From positions 1-42,689 of the forward strand of contig DASXDC010000050.1 of assembly GCA_036490855.1 (NCBI GenBank): a stretch of DNA of 42,689 nt, written 5' to 3'. This document shows, piece after piece, positions 35,224-42,655 of this stretch. A model generated the notes under the pieces. It did not search any database and was not told where the DNA came from. It saw nothing but the letters and a program-made list of their open reading frames with translations. A program made the position numbers and the translations under genes. Origin of the DNA: Chthoniobacterales bacterium. GTDB taxonomy: Bacteria > Verrucomicrobiota > Verrucomicrobiia > Chthoniobacterales > UBA10450. How positions within the stretch are numbered: position 1 is the first letter of the stretch; every line of letters starts with the position of its first letter.

Positions 35224-36291
35224 CTACAGCAGCACCGTGCTCCGACGCCAGCCGGTGCGATTGTTAGGCGAAAGTGCCGCCCGCTCCGTCCCGGGGCTTT
35301 GGAGGTGGACTGATTCGTTACCGGTGGGCGGTTCCGGGGCATCCGGCGGCTCGGGCGCTTCCGGCACTTCAGGAAGCTCCTGGTTCTCCAGTTTCTCGAA
35401 ACGCTTCCGCACCTCGGCCGGAATCTTCGCGCGCTCCCCCTCCGTGTCGACCGGGCCCTGGAAAAGCAACTTGCCCTGCGCGTCTCGGGCGAAGAGGACT
35501 TTTTTGCCGTCCACCGCCTTGAGTTTCAGCTCACCCTGATCGTCGGAGAAAGTGATGGTCGCATTCCCCAGATCCACCCTTGTGCTTTTGGTCGTCCCTC
35601 GCTCTCTCGTAATGATCCGCAGACGGTCGGCGGCCCGCCGCGCTTCGTCACCGGCGCGCGCCGCCTGATTCTGCGCCTGCTCGACCGCAGCCTGGACCGC
35701 GTTGCGCATCACGCTCATATCGGGCGCCTTGAAATCGAGGTTCATCTTTCCGAAATCACCCTTATCGAAATTCCAGTTCCAATCGCCGCTCTCGCCTAAC
35801 GAATGGCCGACGGAGATGTCGTGCTTCGTCAGTTTGACCGGCAATTTCATTTCCTGGCCTTTGCGCAGAACGGTCAGGGTGACGGTCGTGCCCTCGGAGA
35901 AATTGCGCACCAGGGCGCCGAGCTGAGAAGGATTGACGATGATCTGATCGTTCAACATCCGGATGATGTCGCTCCGTTGCAGACCGGCGGCGGCGGCCGC
36001 GCTCTCCGGCACGACGTAATCAACGACGACGCCAAAGCCGCGCGGCAGATTCATCTGCTCCGACAGAACCCGCGGCACACTCGAGGATTCGACCCCGAGA
36101 AAAGTGACCGCTTCTTTCCGCCCCATCTCATGTTCGTGGAGGTGGCGGCCCGGAGCCGCCACGGGTGGCGCGGGCGCGGGCGGAATGGCCTGCGGCGAAG
36201 GCTGCGAGGGAGCGGAGGGGGATGATTGCGCGAAGAGCGCGAGCGGCAGGAGGGCGGCGAGCGCCGCGCTCAGGATGATCGATTTTTTCAT
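35224..36291 (-). CDS. secreted PDZ domain protein
   Basis: ATG at 36291 gives the signal peptide MKKSIILSAALAALLPLALFAQ. PDZ region GVVVDYVVPESAAAAAGLQRSDIIRMLNDQII..., with a Pro/Glu-rich tail. Confidence 0.8.
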   Translation of the reverse strand: MKKSIILSAALAALLPLALFAQSSPSAPSQPSPQAIPPAPAPPVAAPGRHLHEHEMGRKEAVTFLGVESSSVPRVLSEQMNLPRGFGVVVDYVVPESAAAAAGLQRSDIIRMLNDQIIVNPSQLGALVRNFSEGTTVTLTVLRKGQEMKLPVKLTKHDISVGHSLGESGDWNWNFDKGDFGKMNLDFKAPDMSVMRNAVQAAVEQAQNQAARAGDEARRAADRLRIITRERGTTKSTRVDLGNATITFSDDQGELKLKAVDGKKVLFARDAQGKLLFQGPVDTEGERAKIPAEVRKRFEKLENQELPEVPEAPEPPDAPEPPTGNESVHLQSPGTERAALSPNNRTGWRRSTVLL

Positions 36292-36311
36292 GGCGTGTTT
36301 TTGGTTAAGAC

Positions 36312-36812
36312 TCATTGAAAGGAAACCGGCGTGAGGACGACCTGCTCCGCCGGATAGGAGACGCGCAGGGAGGCGCCAGTTTGCGGATTGCGCCACTGCA
36401 TCGTCTCGCGGGTCTCGTAACGGACCCGCCGGAGCAACTGCTCCGATTGGTTAGGCGAGAAAACCAGACCTTCGTCGCGCCGGCGATAAACAACCCGGGT
36501 GAGCGCGGAAGGTTGCAAGCCACGGCCGCTCGTTGCACCCGAGGAGGTCGCTTTGTTTTGAGCGACGCTCGTTGCCGAGTCGGGCGATGGTGAGAAGAAA
36601 GCGAGGCCGGCCATGATCGCGACACAGGCGGCGGCAAGGCTGAGGCCAAGTGTCCACCAGGCGGCGATGCGACGCCGGCGAGGGGAGAGCAGGCCCGCCG
36701 TCGCCACATCCCGGAGGGCAAACCCGCGCTCGATTCGCGCCCACAGCTCAGGCGAAACCGGCGCGGGCCGCAACCCCTTTAGTTCAGCTTCGACTTCGGA
36801 AAAATCATTCAT
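36312..36812 (-). CDS. putative anti-sigma factor (single-pass membrane protein)
   Basis: ATG at 36812 overlaps the sigma stop by 8 nt. It has a short cytoplasmic N-terminus, one TM (AAWWTLGLSLAAACVAIMAGLAFF) and a periplasmic tail. Confidence 0.65.
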   Translation of the reverse strand: MNDFSEVEAELKGLRPAPVSPELWARIERGFALRDVATAGLLSPRRRRIAAWWTLGLSLAAACVAIMAGLAFFSPSPDSATSVAQNKATSSGATSGRGLQPSALTRVVYRRRDEGLVFSPNQSEQLLRRVRYETRETMQWRNPQTGASLRVSYPAEQVVLTPVSFQ

Positions 36813-37302
36813 GATGCGGCTGCAAAATTCTCCTGAGTGCGCCAAGCGCGTAGCGGTAGCGGGAAGCAGCGGTGTTTTGCGAAATCTCGAGAACCGCGGC
36901 GATCTCGGCGAAAGTCAGTTCGTTCCAGATTTTCAAGAGCACGACCTCCCGTTGTTCGTTAGGCAGGCGCTCCACCGCCGCGGCCAGCATCTGCTGGCCT
37001 CCATCCAATCCGGTGAATTGCGGCTCGACCTGCTCGGCGCCGTCTTGCGCGGCCGCGGCTTCGCGCCGGTGGCGGCGTTGTTCACTCCGCAAACGATCGA
37101 GCGCGGCGGAGCGGACCGCCGCGTAGAGGAGGGCGCGGTTACTGATCGAATGCTCCCGGCGCCAGAAACGGACGAACGCTTCCTGCACGATGTCTTCCGC
37201 GTCGGCCCGGCAATTCGTCCAGCGGCGCGCGAAAAGAAGAAGGGCCGGCCCGAGCTGGGCAAAACAGGTCTTCCAATCTTCATCATCGTGCGTCTTCTCC
37301 AT
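36805..37302 (-). CDS. ECF-type RNA polymerase sigma-70 family factor
   Basis: Region 2 (AEDIVQEAFVRFWRR) and region 4 (ERLPNEQREVVLLKIWNELTFAEIAAVLEISQNTAASRYRYAL). Confidence 0.92.
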   Translation of the reverse strand: MEKTHDDEDWKTCFAQLGPALLLFARRWTNCRADAEDIVQEAFVRFWRREHSISNRALLYAAVRSAALDRLRSEQRRHRREAAAAQDGAEQVEPQFTGLDGGQQMLAAAVERLPNEQREVVLLKIWNELTFAEIAAVLEISQNTAASRYRYALGALRRILQPHHE

Positions 37303-37353
37303 GACCTCTTCACGGTCTTTTAAAATGGAGACGCCGCCAAATGCGGGTTTTGT

Positions 37354-38487
37354 CTAGCGCGCCGGAATTTTTTTCTGCGCCGCCGGCGCGGAACGCAGGG
37401 CGAGGTCGCCATGCCAGAAGGGATCCGCCACGCCTTTTCGGTAGGCGGCGAGGGCCTCGGGCGACGAATTAAGGTGCAGATTGCTGTAGGTCTGGTCTTC
37501 GTTTTGCCAGCGTTCGTGCCAGTAGACGGCCGCTTTCATTCGCGGCAATTTCCTTTCCATGAGAGCAAAGGCGTCCCGGATCCATTCCGCCTTGTCGCCC
37601 GAGTTTGGAAATTCCCCTACGCCCCATTCTGCGATCATGATCGGTTTCGTACGATCGACCCGCGCCATTTCCTCGTAGGGCCATTCGATCAGCGGCGGAA
37701 AATCCACCCACGGCTCTTCCGAAAACTGCTGGCCATAAACACTGAGCCCGAGCCAGTCGACATAGGCGCTTCCGGGATAATAAGCGGCCGCCGAATTCCA
37801 GACATCGACGGGCGAAGAATAGTTATTCGTCTGGAACATCCACTGGATATTATGCGCGCCGCGCGCCCGCACCCGCTCGACGACATAACGAAAAGCGCGC
37901 TTGAAAAGTTCCGGCCCTTCCCACCTTTTCACGGGGCCCGGGATTTTTTTGTTGCCGCCGTAGTAGATGCCCGACCACGGAAACCAGTCGCCGTTCATCT
38001 CGTCGCCAAACGAAACGATCAGCGGATGACCAAAGCCGCGCGCCGCGTCCGCCCAGTCATCGATGTAGCGATTCCAGGTGCCGGCGAGAATCGCGTTGAG
38101 CGAGAAACGGTCGGGACCTTTTTTTTGTTCGTAAGGCCGATCCCAGGGCGACCAAAAAACAAGCGGAAGCGATCCGTGCCGCCAGATCATTTGCAGGTTG
38201 GCGTTCGGGAAATTTTGCTCTCCCCAATAGCTGGAGGAGGCAATGATCGCCTGATGTTTTCCCACCATTTGCTCGAATCCCTCGATCGTCTCGAGCGCAA
38301 CCTCATCCTCCGCCTCGCCGAAATCGATGAATGCGCCGGTGTAGGCGCCCCTCTCCGGAAGGACCACTTCGACCGGGCCGTTGCGATCGATCGAGGGCGC
38401 GACCGCGGCCGGCTTGCCGCAGCCTAACGAAAAGCAAATGACGGCCAGGGCCCCAGCCACCCGGCCGGTGCAGCGGGAATTTCCCAT
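37354..38487 (-). CDS. GH26-like (clan GH-A) glycoside hydrolase lipoprotein
   Basis: ATG at 38487 gives the lipobox ...VICFSLGC. FGDEMNGDWFPWSG resembles the GH26 acid/base motif (HEMNG.WFWW), and IMIAEWGV resembles the nucleophile region. The track ORF (606 aa) is an upstream extension. Confidence 0.8.
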   Translation of the reverse strand: MGNSRCTGRVAGALAVICFSLGCGKPAAVAPSIDRNGPVEVVLPERGAYTGAFIDFGEAEDEVALETIEGFEQMVGKHQAIIASSSYWGEQNFPNANLQMIWRHGSLPLVFWSPWDRPYEQKKGPDRFSLNAILAGTWNRYIDDWADAARGFGHPLIVSFGDEMNGDWFPWSGIYYGGNKKIPGPVKRWEGPELFKRAFRYVVERVRARGAHNIQWMFQTNNYSSPVDVWNSAAAYYPGSAYVDWLGLSVYGQQFSEEPWVDFPPLIEWPYEEMARVDRTKPIMIAEWGVGEFPNSGDKAEWIRDAFALMERKLPRMKAAVYWHERWQNEDQTYSNLHLNSSPEALAAYRKGVADPFWHGDLALRSAPAAQKKIPAR

Positions 38488-41400
38488 CAAACCCGCACCG
38501 GCACAGACGCGGTCCGCTCCAATTTTCCCCAGCCGACCCAGGCGCCCTTGAGCGCGCGGAAGATCGCTTTCCAGATCACATAGCTGAGGAGCGGCCGGTA
38601 AATCAGCCGCATCGGCAGGATACGCCAGGCGTGCCGGATCGGATCGCGTTCCAGGATGCAGGCGAGGGTGGCGAGAATCACATCCATCGCGAGAAAAACG
38701 ATCACGAATGGCAAGACCGCGCCCCAGGCGCCGAAGGGGAGTGAGGCGAGAAGAAGGAAATCGACCAGCGGCGTGATCGCGACGAGCAGGATCTGGAAGA
38801 ACCAGACGCTCGGGAGGCTGAACCAGCCGAGCGCGCCATAACGCCAGTTGAAGACCTTCTCGCGATGTTTCCAGAGGCATTGCAGCGTCCCATACGCCCA
38901 GCGAAAACGTTGCCGTGCGAGCGTGCGCAAAGTCTCGGGCGCTTCCGTCCAGGCAATGGCGTCGGGCGTATAGACAATCCGATTCTCCCCGTGATAAAGC
39001 GAGAGGGTGAGATCGGTATCCTCGGCCAGAGTGTCGAGGCTCAATCCCCCTGAATCCGCGATCGCGGAACGTCGCAAGGCGCTGATCGCGCCCGGCACGA
39101 CCGTGATGCAGTTCCAGCGATCGTAGGCGCGCCGGTCGAGATTGAATCCGCAGGTGTACTCGAGCGATTGGCAACGCGCGATGAAGCTGCGCAGGTTGCC
39201 GACTTTGGCGTGACCGGAAACCGCCGCGACCCGATCGTCGAGCAATGGCTGGACGAGCAAACGCAAAGTGTCGCTCTGCAAATGGGTGTCGGCATCGAGG
39301 AAGATGACGATCTCGTGCTGGAGGAGCGCGAGCCCGCGCCGGAGCGCTTCGGCTTTTCCACGGTTGCTTTGCCTAACGAGTCGGATGCGCCGGTCTTTCT
39401 CCGCGATTTTTTCCACCTCGGCCGCGGTCTCATCCTGCGAACCGTCATCCACCACAAGGATCTCGATTTCGCCGCGATGATCGTTCGCCAGGACTGCGCG
39501 GAGGGTGGCCGCGATCACTTTCTCCTCATTGAAGGCGGCAATCAGGACGCTGACCGGCGGCGAAAATTCCACGCTCGCCGGAGCGATCCGCCGAAAACGC
39601 GCTGCCAAAAGAATCACGAGCAGCGTGCGCAGGACGATCAGGGCCGTCGCGACGATCATGAATGCCCAGAGAAATTCCGCGATCGCGTGAAAGACGCGAA
39701 AGCCGGCGCTGCTCACGAGACGCGGCAGCCGCTGCGTATTTCCGACCGGCGGCATGACCGCGTCGCGCGAACTGCCAATCAGCGTACTCAGAGGAACGAT
39801 CGTGTCGCCACGCGTCCGCAGCCACTCAATGATCCTGGGCAGCGCCGTCACCGTCTGGGAACGATCGCCGCCCGCGTCGTGGAGCAGAATAATGCTGCCA
39901 TCCCGCCGCTGTTGTTTGATCCGTTGCAGGATGACTTCGGCCCCCGGGCGGGCCCAATCCTGCGGGTCGATATTTTCGAGCACGACGAGATAATTCATCT
40001 CGTTCGCGATCCGGAGCGGGGCGAGGTCGGCGAGCGACGACGGGCTCGTATCGGCCGCATAGGGCGGGCGAAAGAGGGTGGTCGAGCGGCCGGTGATCGT
40101 CTCGAGAAGCAACTGGGTCGCGTTCAATTCCAGCTTGATATGCTCCGGCCAGCAAACCGCGAGATCGGGATGGTAATAGGTGTGATTGCCGATCTCGTGT
40201 CCCTCGGCCACAATCCGCCTAACGAGATCGGGATACTTCTCCGCGTTCACCCCGACGAGGAAAAACGTCGCGGTCACGCCGTTGGCCTTGAGCAGATCGA
40301 GAATCCGCGGCGTCCATTTCGGATCGGGACCGTCGTCGAAGGTGAGCGCGACCTGATGCTCCCCACCCGCGCCCTGATGATAGAGGGTGGGAAACTCCGG
40401 AAAACTCTGGTAGCTGGCGTGCAGATAACCATCCTGGCTCAGGCTGATCGTGCGTGCGCCGTCCGCTCGCGTCTCGTCGACATCGACGATCTCGCCGTCG
40501 CCGACATCAGTGATCGTGTCGGTCCCTTTCAACGGCTGGAGGATACTCCGAGTGGCGTCGTTAGGCTGAATCGGCCGCGGAAGATTGAGCGCGTCCCAGA
40601 TCGCCGGATCCTCGGTGCCGAGGCGATAAAGGGCGAAGCCGCCCGCTTTTTCATCATGCAAGGCGTGGAGCTCGTTCAGGAAACTGACGACATCCAGAAA
40701 CGAGACGGAGTGTTCCTTGTCCGCGTCTTCGAAATAAAAATCCGATTCGTGATCCGGCGGACCGACCACGCCGGGTCCGACACCGGCGTTGTTCGCGCGG
40801 CTCATCGCTTCGGGAAAACTGATCGTCTCCGCGCGGTGGGCACCGTTTGTCCAGTCGTAGCCGTAGCTGCCAAGCGCGATCACCCATTGTTGCGGATCCG
40901 CATCGTGGAGGAGCGCGTGGAGCCAGGATTCAAACCAATGCCGCGAAGCAAGCGGACCGGGCGGGTCCGTATCCGACGTCTCGTCGAAAAGGAGTGCGAC
41001 GAAGCGGTCGACGTGATCGGAAAGGGTATCGAAATCGATGTAATCGAGGTCCTGTCCCGGTTGCACGCAGAGCCAGAGCTGGAGACCGGCGGCATGCAAA
41101 CCATCCGCCATTTTCTCGAGCAGCTTCGTGATCTCGTCGCGATAAGCGGGATCGACCTGCTCCCAATCGATCACCACGCCGGCCGCTTTCGCCTCCTCCA
41201 GATGAGCGAGGAGGTTTTGCAAAAAACGATCCTGTCGATCGGGCGGTCCGTGCGCGAGATTCTCGACTGCTTCCGGGAGCCAGTTGTCGCCGATCAGATT
41301 CGTCAGGAGCGGAAGGAGGGCGAGCCCTTTGCGCGCCGCGAGTTTCGGAATTCGGACATCGGCATCGACCTGGAAATTTCCCAGGCCATCGACGAGCGCG

Positions 41401-41834
41401 AACCATTCCGGACAGACGTGGGTGAGTTGGGCGGCATGTTGCTCGAGCGATTTGTAGCTGTAGGGATCGCCGTTGATGTAAAAGCCCATCCGCACTTCGC
41501 CGCCAGTCGATTTATGGGCGATTGCGGCTGTGGCGGCGACGGGCTTCTTCGCTGCCGCGCGTGCGCTGAGGAATTTCTGCCAGAGGGGAACGTTAGGCGG
41601 GAGTTGTCCGGCTGGATTTTTATTCTGGAGCGACTTCAGTTGCCCGCGCAATTGCCGCAAGGTAAAGGGGAGCCGCAACTGCGGAGTAACGAAGAGCGTC
41701 TGGACAAAAAAGATCGCGGCGATGAAAGCCGCCACCCCGGTAAAGAGAAGCGTCAGGCGCAGCCGCGGCCAGCGCCGGCCGGCCGGGTCGGAAAAAATGA
41801 AACCAGTGCGCTCTTTGGGAAAATCCGCGTCCAT
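38487..41834 (-). CDS. tri-domain exopolysaccharide synthase: GH18-like domain + CE4 (NodB) deacetylase + processive family 2 glycosyltransferase
   Basis: 1115 aa. An N-terminal TM is followed by a GH18-like region (GFYINGDPYSYKSL...GVVIDWEQV), then CE4 (ALTFDDGPDPKWTP...GHEIGNHTYYH), a second TM, then GT2 (VLIAAFNEE...VVDDGS...DADT...QRFRWAYG) and C-terminal TMs. Confidence 0.9.
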   Translation of the reverse strand: MDADFPKERTGFIFSDPAGRRWPRLRLTLLFTGVAAFIAAIFFVQTLFVTPQLRLPFTLRQLRGQLKSLQNKNPAGQLPPNVPLWQKFLSARAAAKKPVAATAAIAHKSTGGEVRMGFYINGDPYSYKSLEQHAAQLTHVCPEWFALVDGLGNFQVDADVRIPKLAARKGLALLPLLTNLIGDNWLPEAVENLAHGPPDRQDRFLQNLLAHLEEAKAAGVVIDWEQVDPAYRDEITKLLEKMADGLHAAGLQLWLCVQPGQDLDYIDFDTLSDHVDRFVALLFDETSDTDPPGPLASRHWFESWLHALLHDADPQQWVIALGSYGYDWTNGAHRAETISFPEAMSRANNAGVGPGVVGPPDHESDFYFEDADKEHSVSFLDVVSFLNELHALHDEKAGGFALYRLGTEDPAIWDALNLPRPIQPNDATRSILQPLKGTDTITDVGDGEIVDVDETRADGARTISLSQDGYLHASYQSFPEFPTLYHQGAGGEHQVALTFDDGPDPKWTPRILDLLKANGVTATFFLVGVNAEKYPDLVRRIVAEGHEIGNHTYYHPDLAVCWPEHIKLELNATQLLLETITGRSTTLFRPPYAADTSPSSLADLAPLRIANEMNYLVVLENIDPQDWARPGAEVILQRIKQQRRDGSIILLHDAGGDRSQTVTALPRIIEWLRTRGDTIVPLSTLIGSSRDAVMPPVGNTQRLPRLVSSAGFRVFHAIAEFLWAFMIVATALIVLRTLLVILLAARFRRIAPASVEFSPPVSVLIAAFNEEKVIAATLRAVLANDHRGEIEILVVDDGSQDETAAEVEKIAEKDRRIRLVRQSNRGKAEALRRGLALLQHEIVIFLDADTHLQSDTLRLLVQPLLDDRVAAVSGHAKVGNLRSFIARCQSLEYTCGFNLDRRAYDRWNCITVVPGAISALRRSAIADSGGLSLDTLAEDTDLTLSLYHGENRIVYTPDAIAWTEAPETLRTLARQRFRWAYGTLQCLWKHREKVFNWRYGALGWFSLPSVWFFQILLVAITPLVDFLLLASLPFGAWGAVLPFVIVFLAMDVILATLACILERDPIRHAWRILPMRLIYRPLLSYVIWKAIFRALKGAWVGWGKLERTASVPVRV

Positions 41835-42025
41835 CGCGTTCTTAAGGGGGCGCCTATCTTAGCGCGGAGCGGGCAAATCCCAACTGCGATTTTTTCCCAG
41901 AAGACGCCCGAGCTGAAGATCGGCCCGCGACGTTTCAGGAAAGCCGCGCCTGAGAGCCCGGTCAGCGCAAGCGGATTTTCGAAAACGAAGCGCTCCTGCT
42001 CGCGGGGAAGGAAATTGCGCGGTCG

Positions 42026-42313
42026 TTAGGCAGCGATACTCTGAAAAACTTTCGGCGGCGGGATGTGGATCGATCCGCGATAAAACCAGTCGCGCGGTTG
42101 TGCCGGGCAGTCGGGCGTCGGGCAATGGAGGCGATACGTCCCATCGCGTTCCTGCCAGATGTCGATCATGCGGCCGCTGATGACGCGATCGCAGAGGACG
42201 CAGGCGCGGCGATCATCGAGCGAATACCACTTGCGAAAAGTATCGGCCTCCTGCAGCACGGACAGTTTTTGATCCAAAGCGATGTGGCGTTTCATTAGCC
42301 CTAGGAAAGCCAT
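42026..42313 (-). CDS. small hypothetical protein with four-Cys cluster
   Basis: 95 aa from the ATG at 42313 (the track uses a TTG at 42331). CVLCDR...LHCPTPDC suggests a zinc ribbon. The TAA stop lies inside the 8-mer motif. Confidence 0.55.
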   Translation of the reverse strand: MAFLGLMKRHIALDQKLSVLQEADTFRKWYSLDDRRACVLCDRVISGRMIDIWQERDGTYRLHCPTPDCPAQPRDWFYRGSIHIPPPKVFQSIAA

Positions 42314-42457
42314 CACCCGTGATTTGCGCAATTAGGGGCGAGCCGTTTCGTTAGTTCAGGAAAAATCCTAGATCGCGCAGCGATTCGCTCGGAACCGGGC
42401 AATGTTGTTCCGCACGGGTATTTGTTGCGCGTTGTTCAGTGTCAGATATCGGATGCT

Positions 42458-42655
42458 ATGGCAAAAGACACAGGCAAAGGCTCACGCAAAGGCGCGGTCA
42501 CCGGCCGCACCCAGGTAGAGAACCCGAAGACCGGCGATTACGCGAAGCGCAACGAATCGCCCGGGAGCAAAAAGAAGGGCGAATTCATGGACAACAAGAA
42601 AGGCGGCAAACCCTTCAAAGGCGTCGCCAAGGAACCAGATAAGCGGCGAAAGTAG
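42458..42655 (+). CDS. small hydrophilic Lys/Gly-rich protein (65 aa)
   Basis: MAKDTGKGSRKGAVTGRTQVENPKTGDYAKRNESPGSKKKGEFMDNKKGGKPFKGVAKEPDKRRK. In-frame ATG at 42458 within the 77-aa track ORF. Confidence 0.5.
   Translation: MAKDTGKGSRKGAVTGRTQVENPKTGDYAKRNESPGSKKKGEFMDNKKGGKPFKGVAKEPDKRRK

Noticed and set aside
247-38130. A/T homopolymer runs of 8-9 nt inside coding genes (near 247-255, 17603-17610, 17936-17943, 34406-34413, 38123-38130) as possible phase-variation tracts
   Set aside because: They mostly encode Lys-Lys (AAA AAA) in housekeeping genes such as tesA and coaB, where phase variation is implausible. The tract lengths are modest.
38488-39174. Upstream extension of the GH26-like ORF to 606 aa
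   Set aside because: It overlaps the 3' part of the synthase gene in another frame. A lipoprotein signal peptide starts at the ATG at 38487.
39168-42029. 953-aa ORF on the + strand, the longest after the synthase
   Set aside because: It is entirely antisense to the well-supported 1115-aa synthase gene. Its translation is Arg/Gly/Asp-rich low-information sequence with no recognisable motif. Long stop-free antisense frames are expected in GC-rich genes.
593-42031. The dispersed 9-mer as a Chi or KOPS-type polar element, as a codon or protein artefact, or as a mobile repeat
   Set aside because: The strand bias is weak (38 vs 23), whereas Chi and KOPS are strongly polar. The motif occurs in four frames and in spacers and uses rare codons, so protein selection cannot explain it. 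There are no conserved flanks or inverted partners as in REP or MITE elements. These explanations are set aside, not formally excluded.
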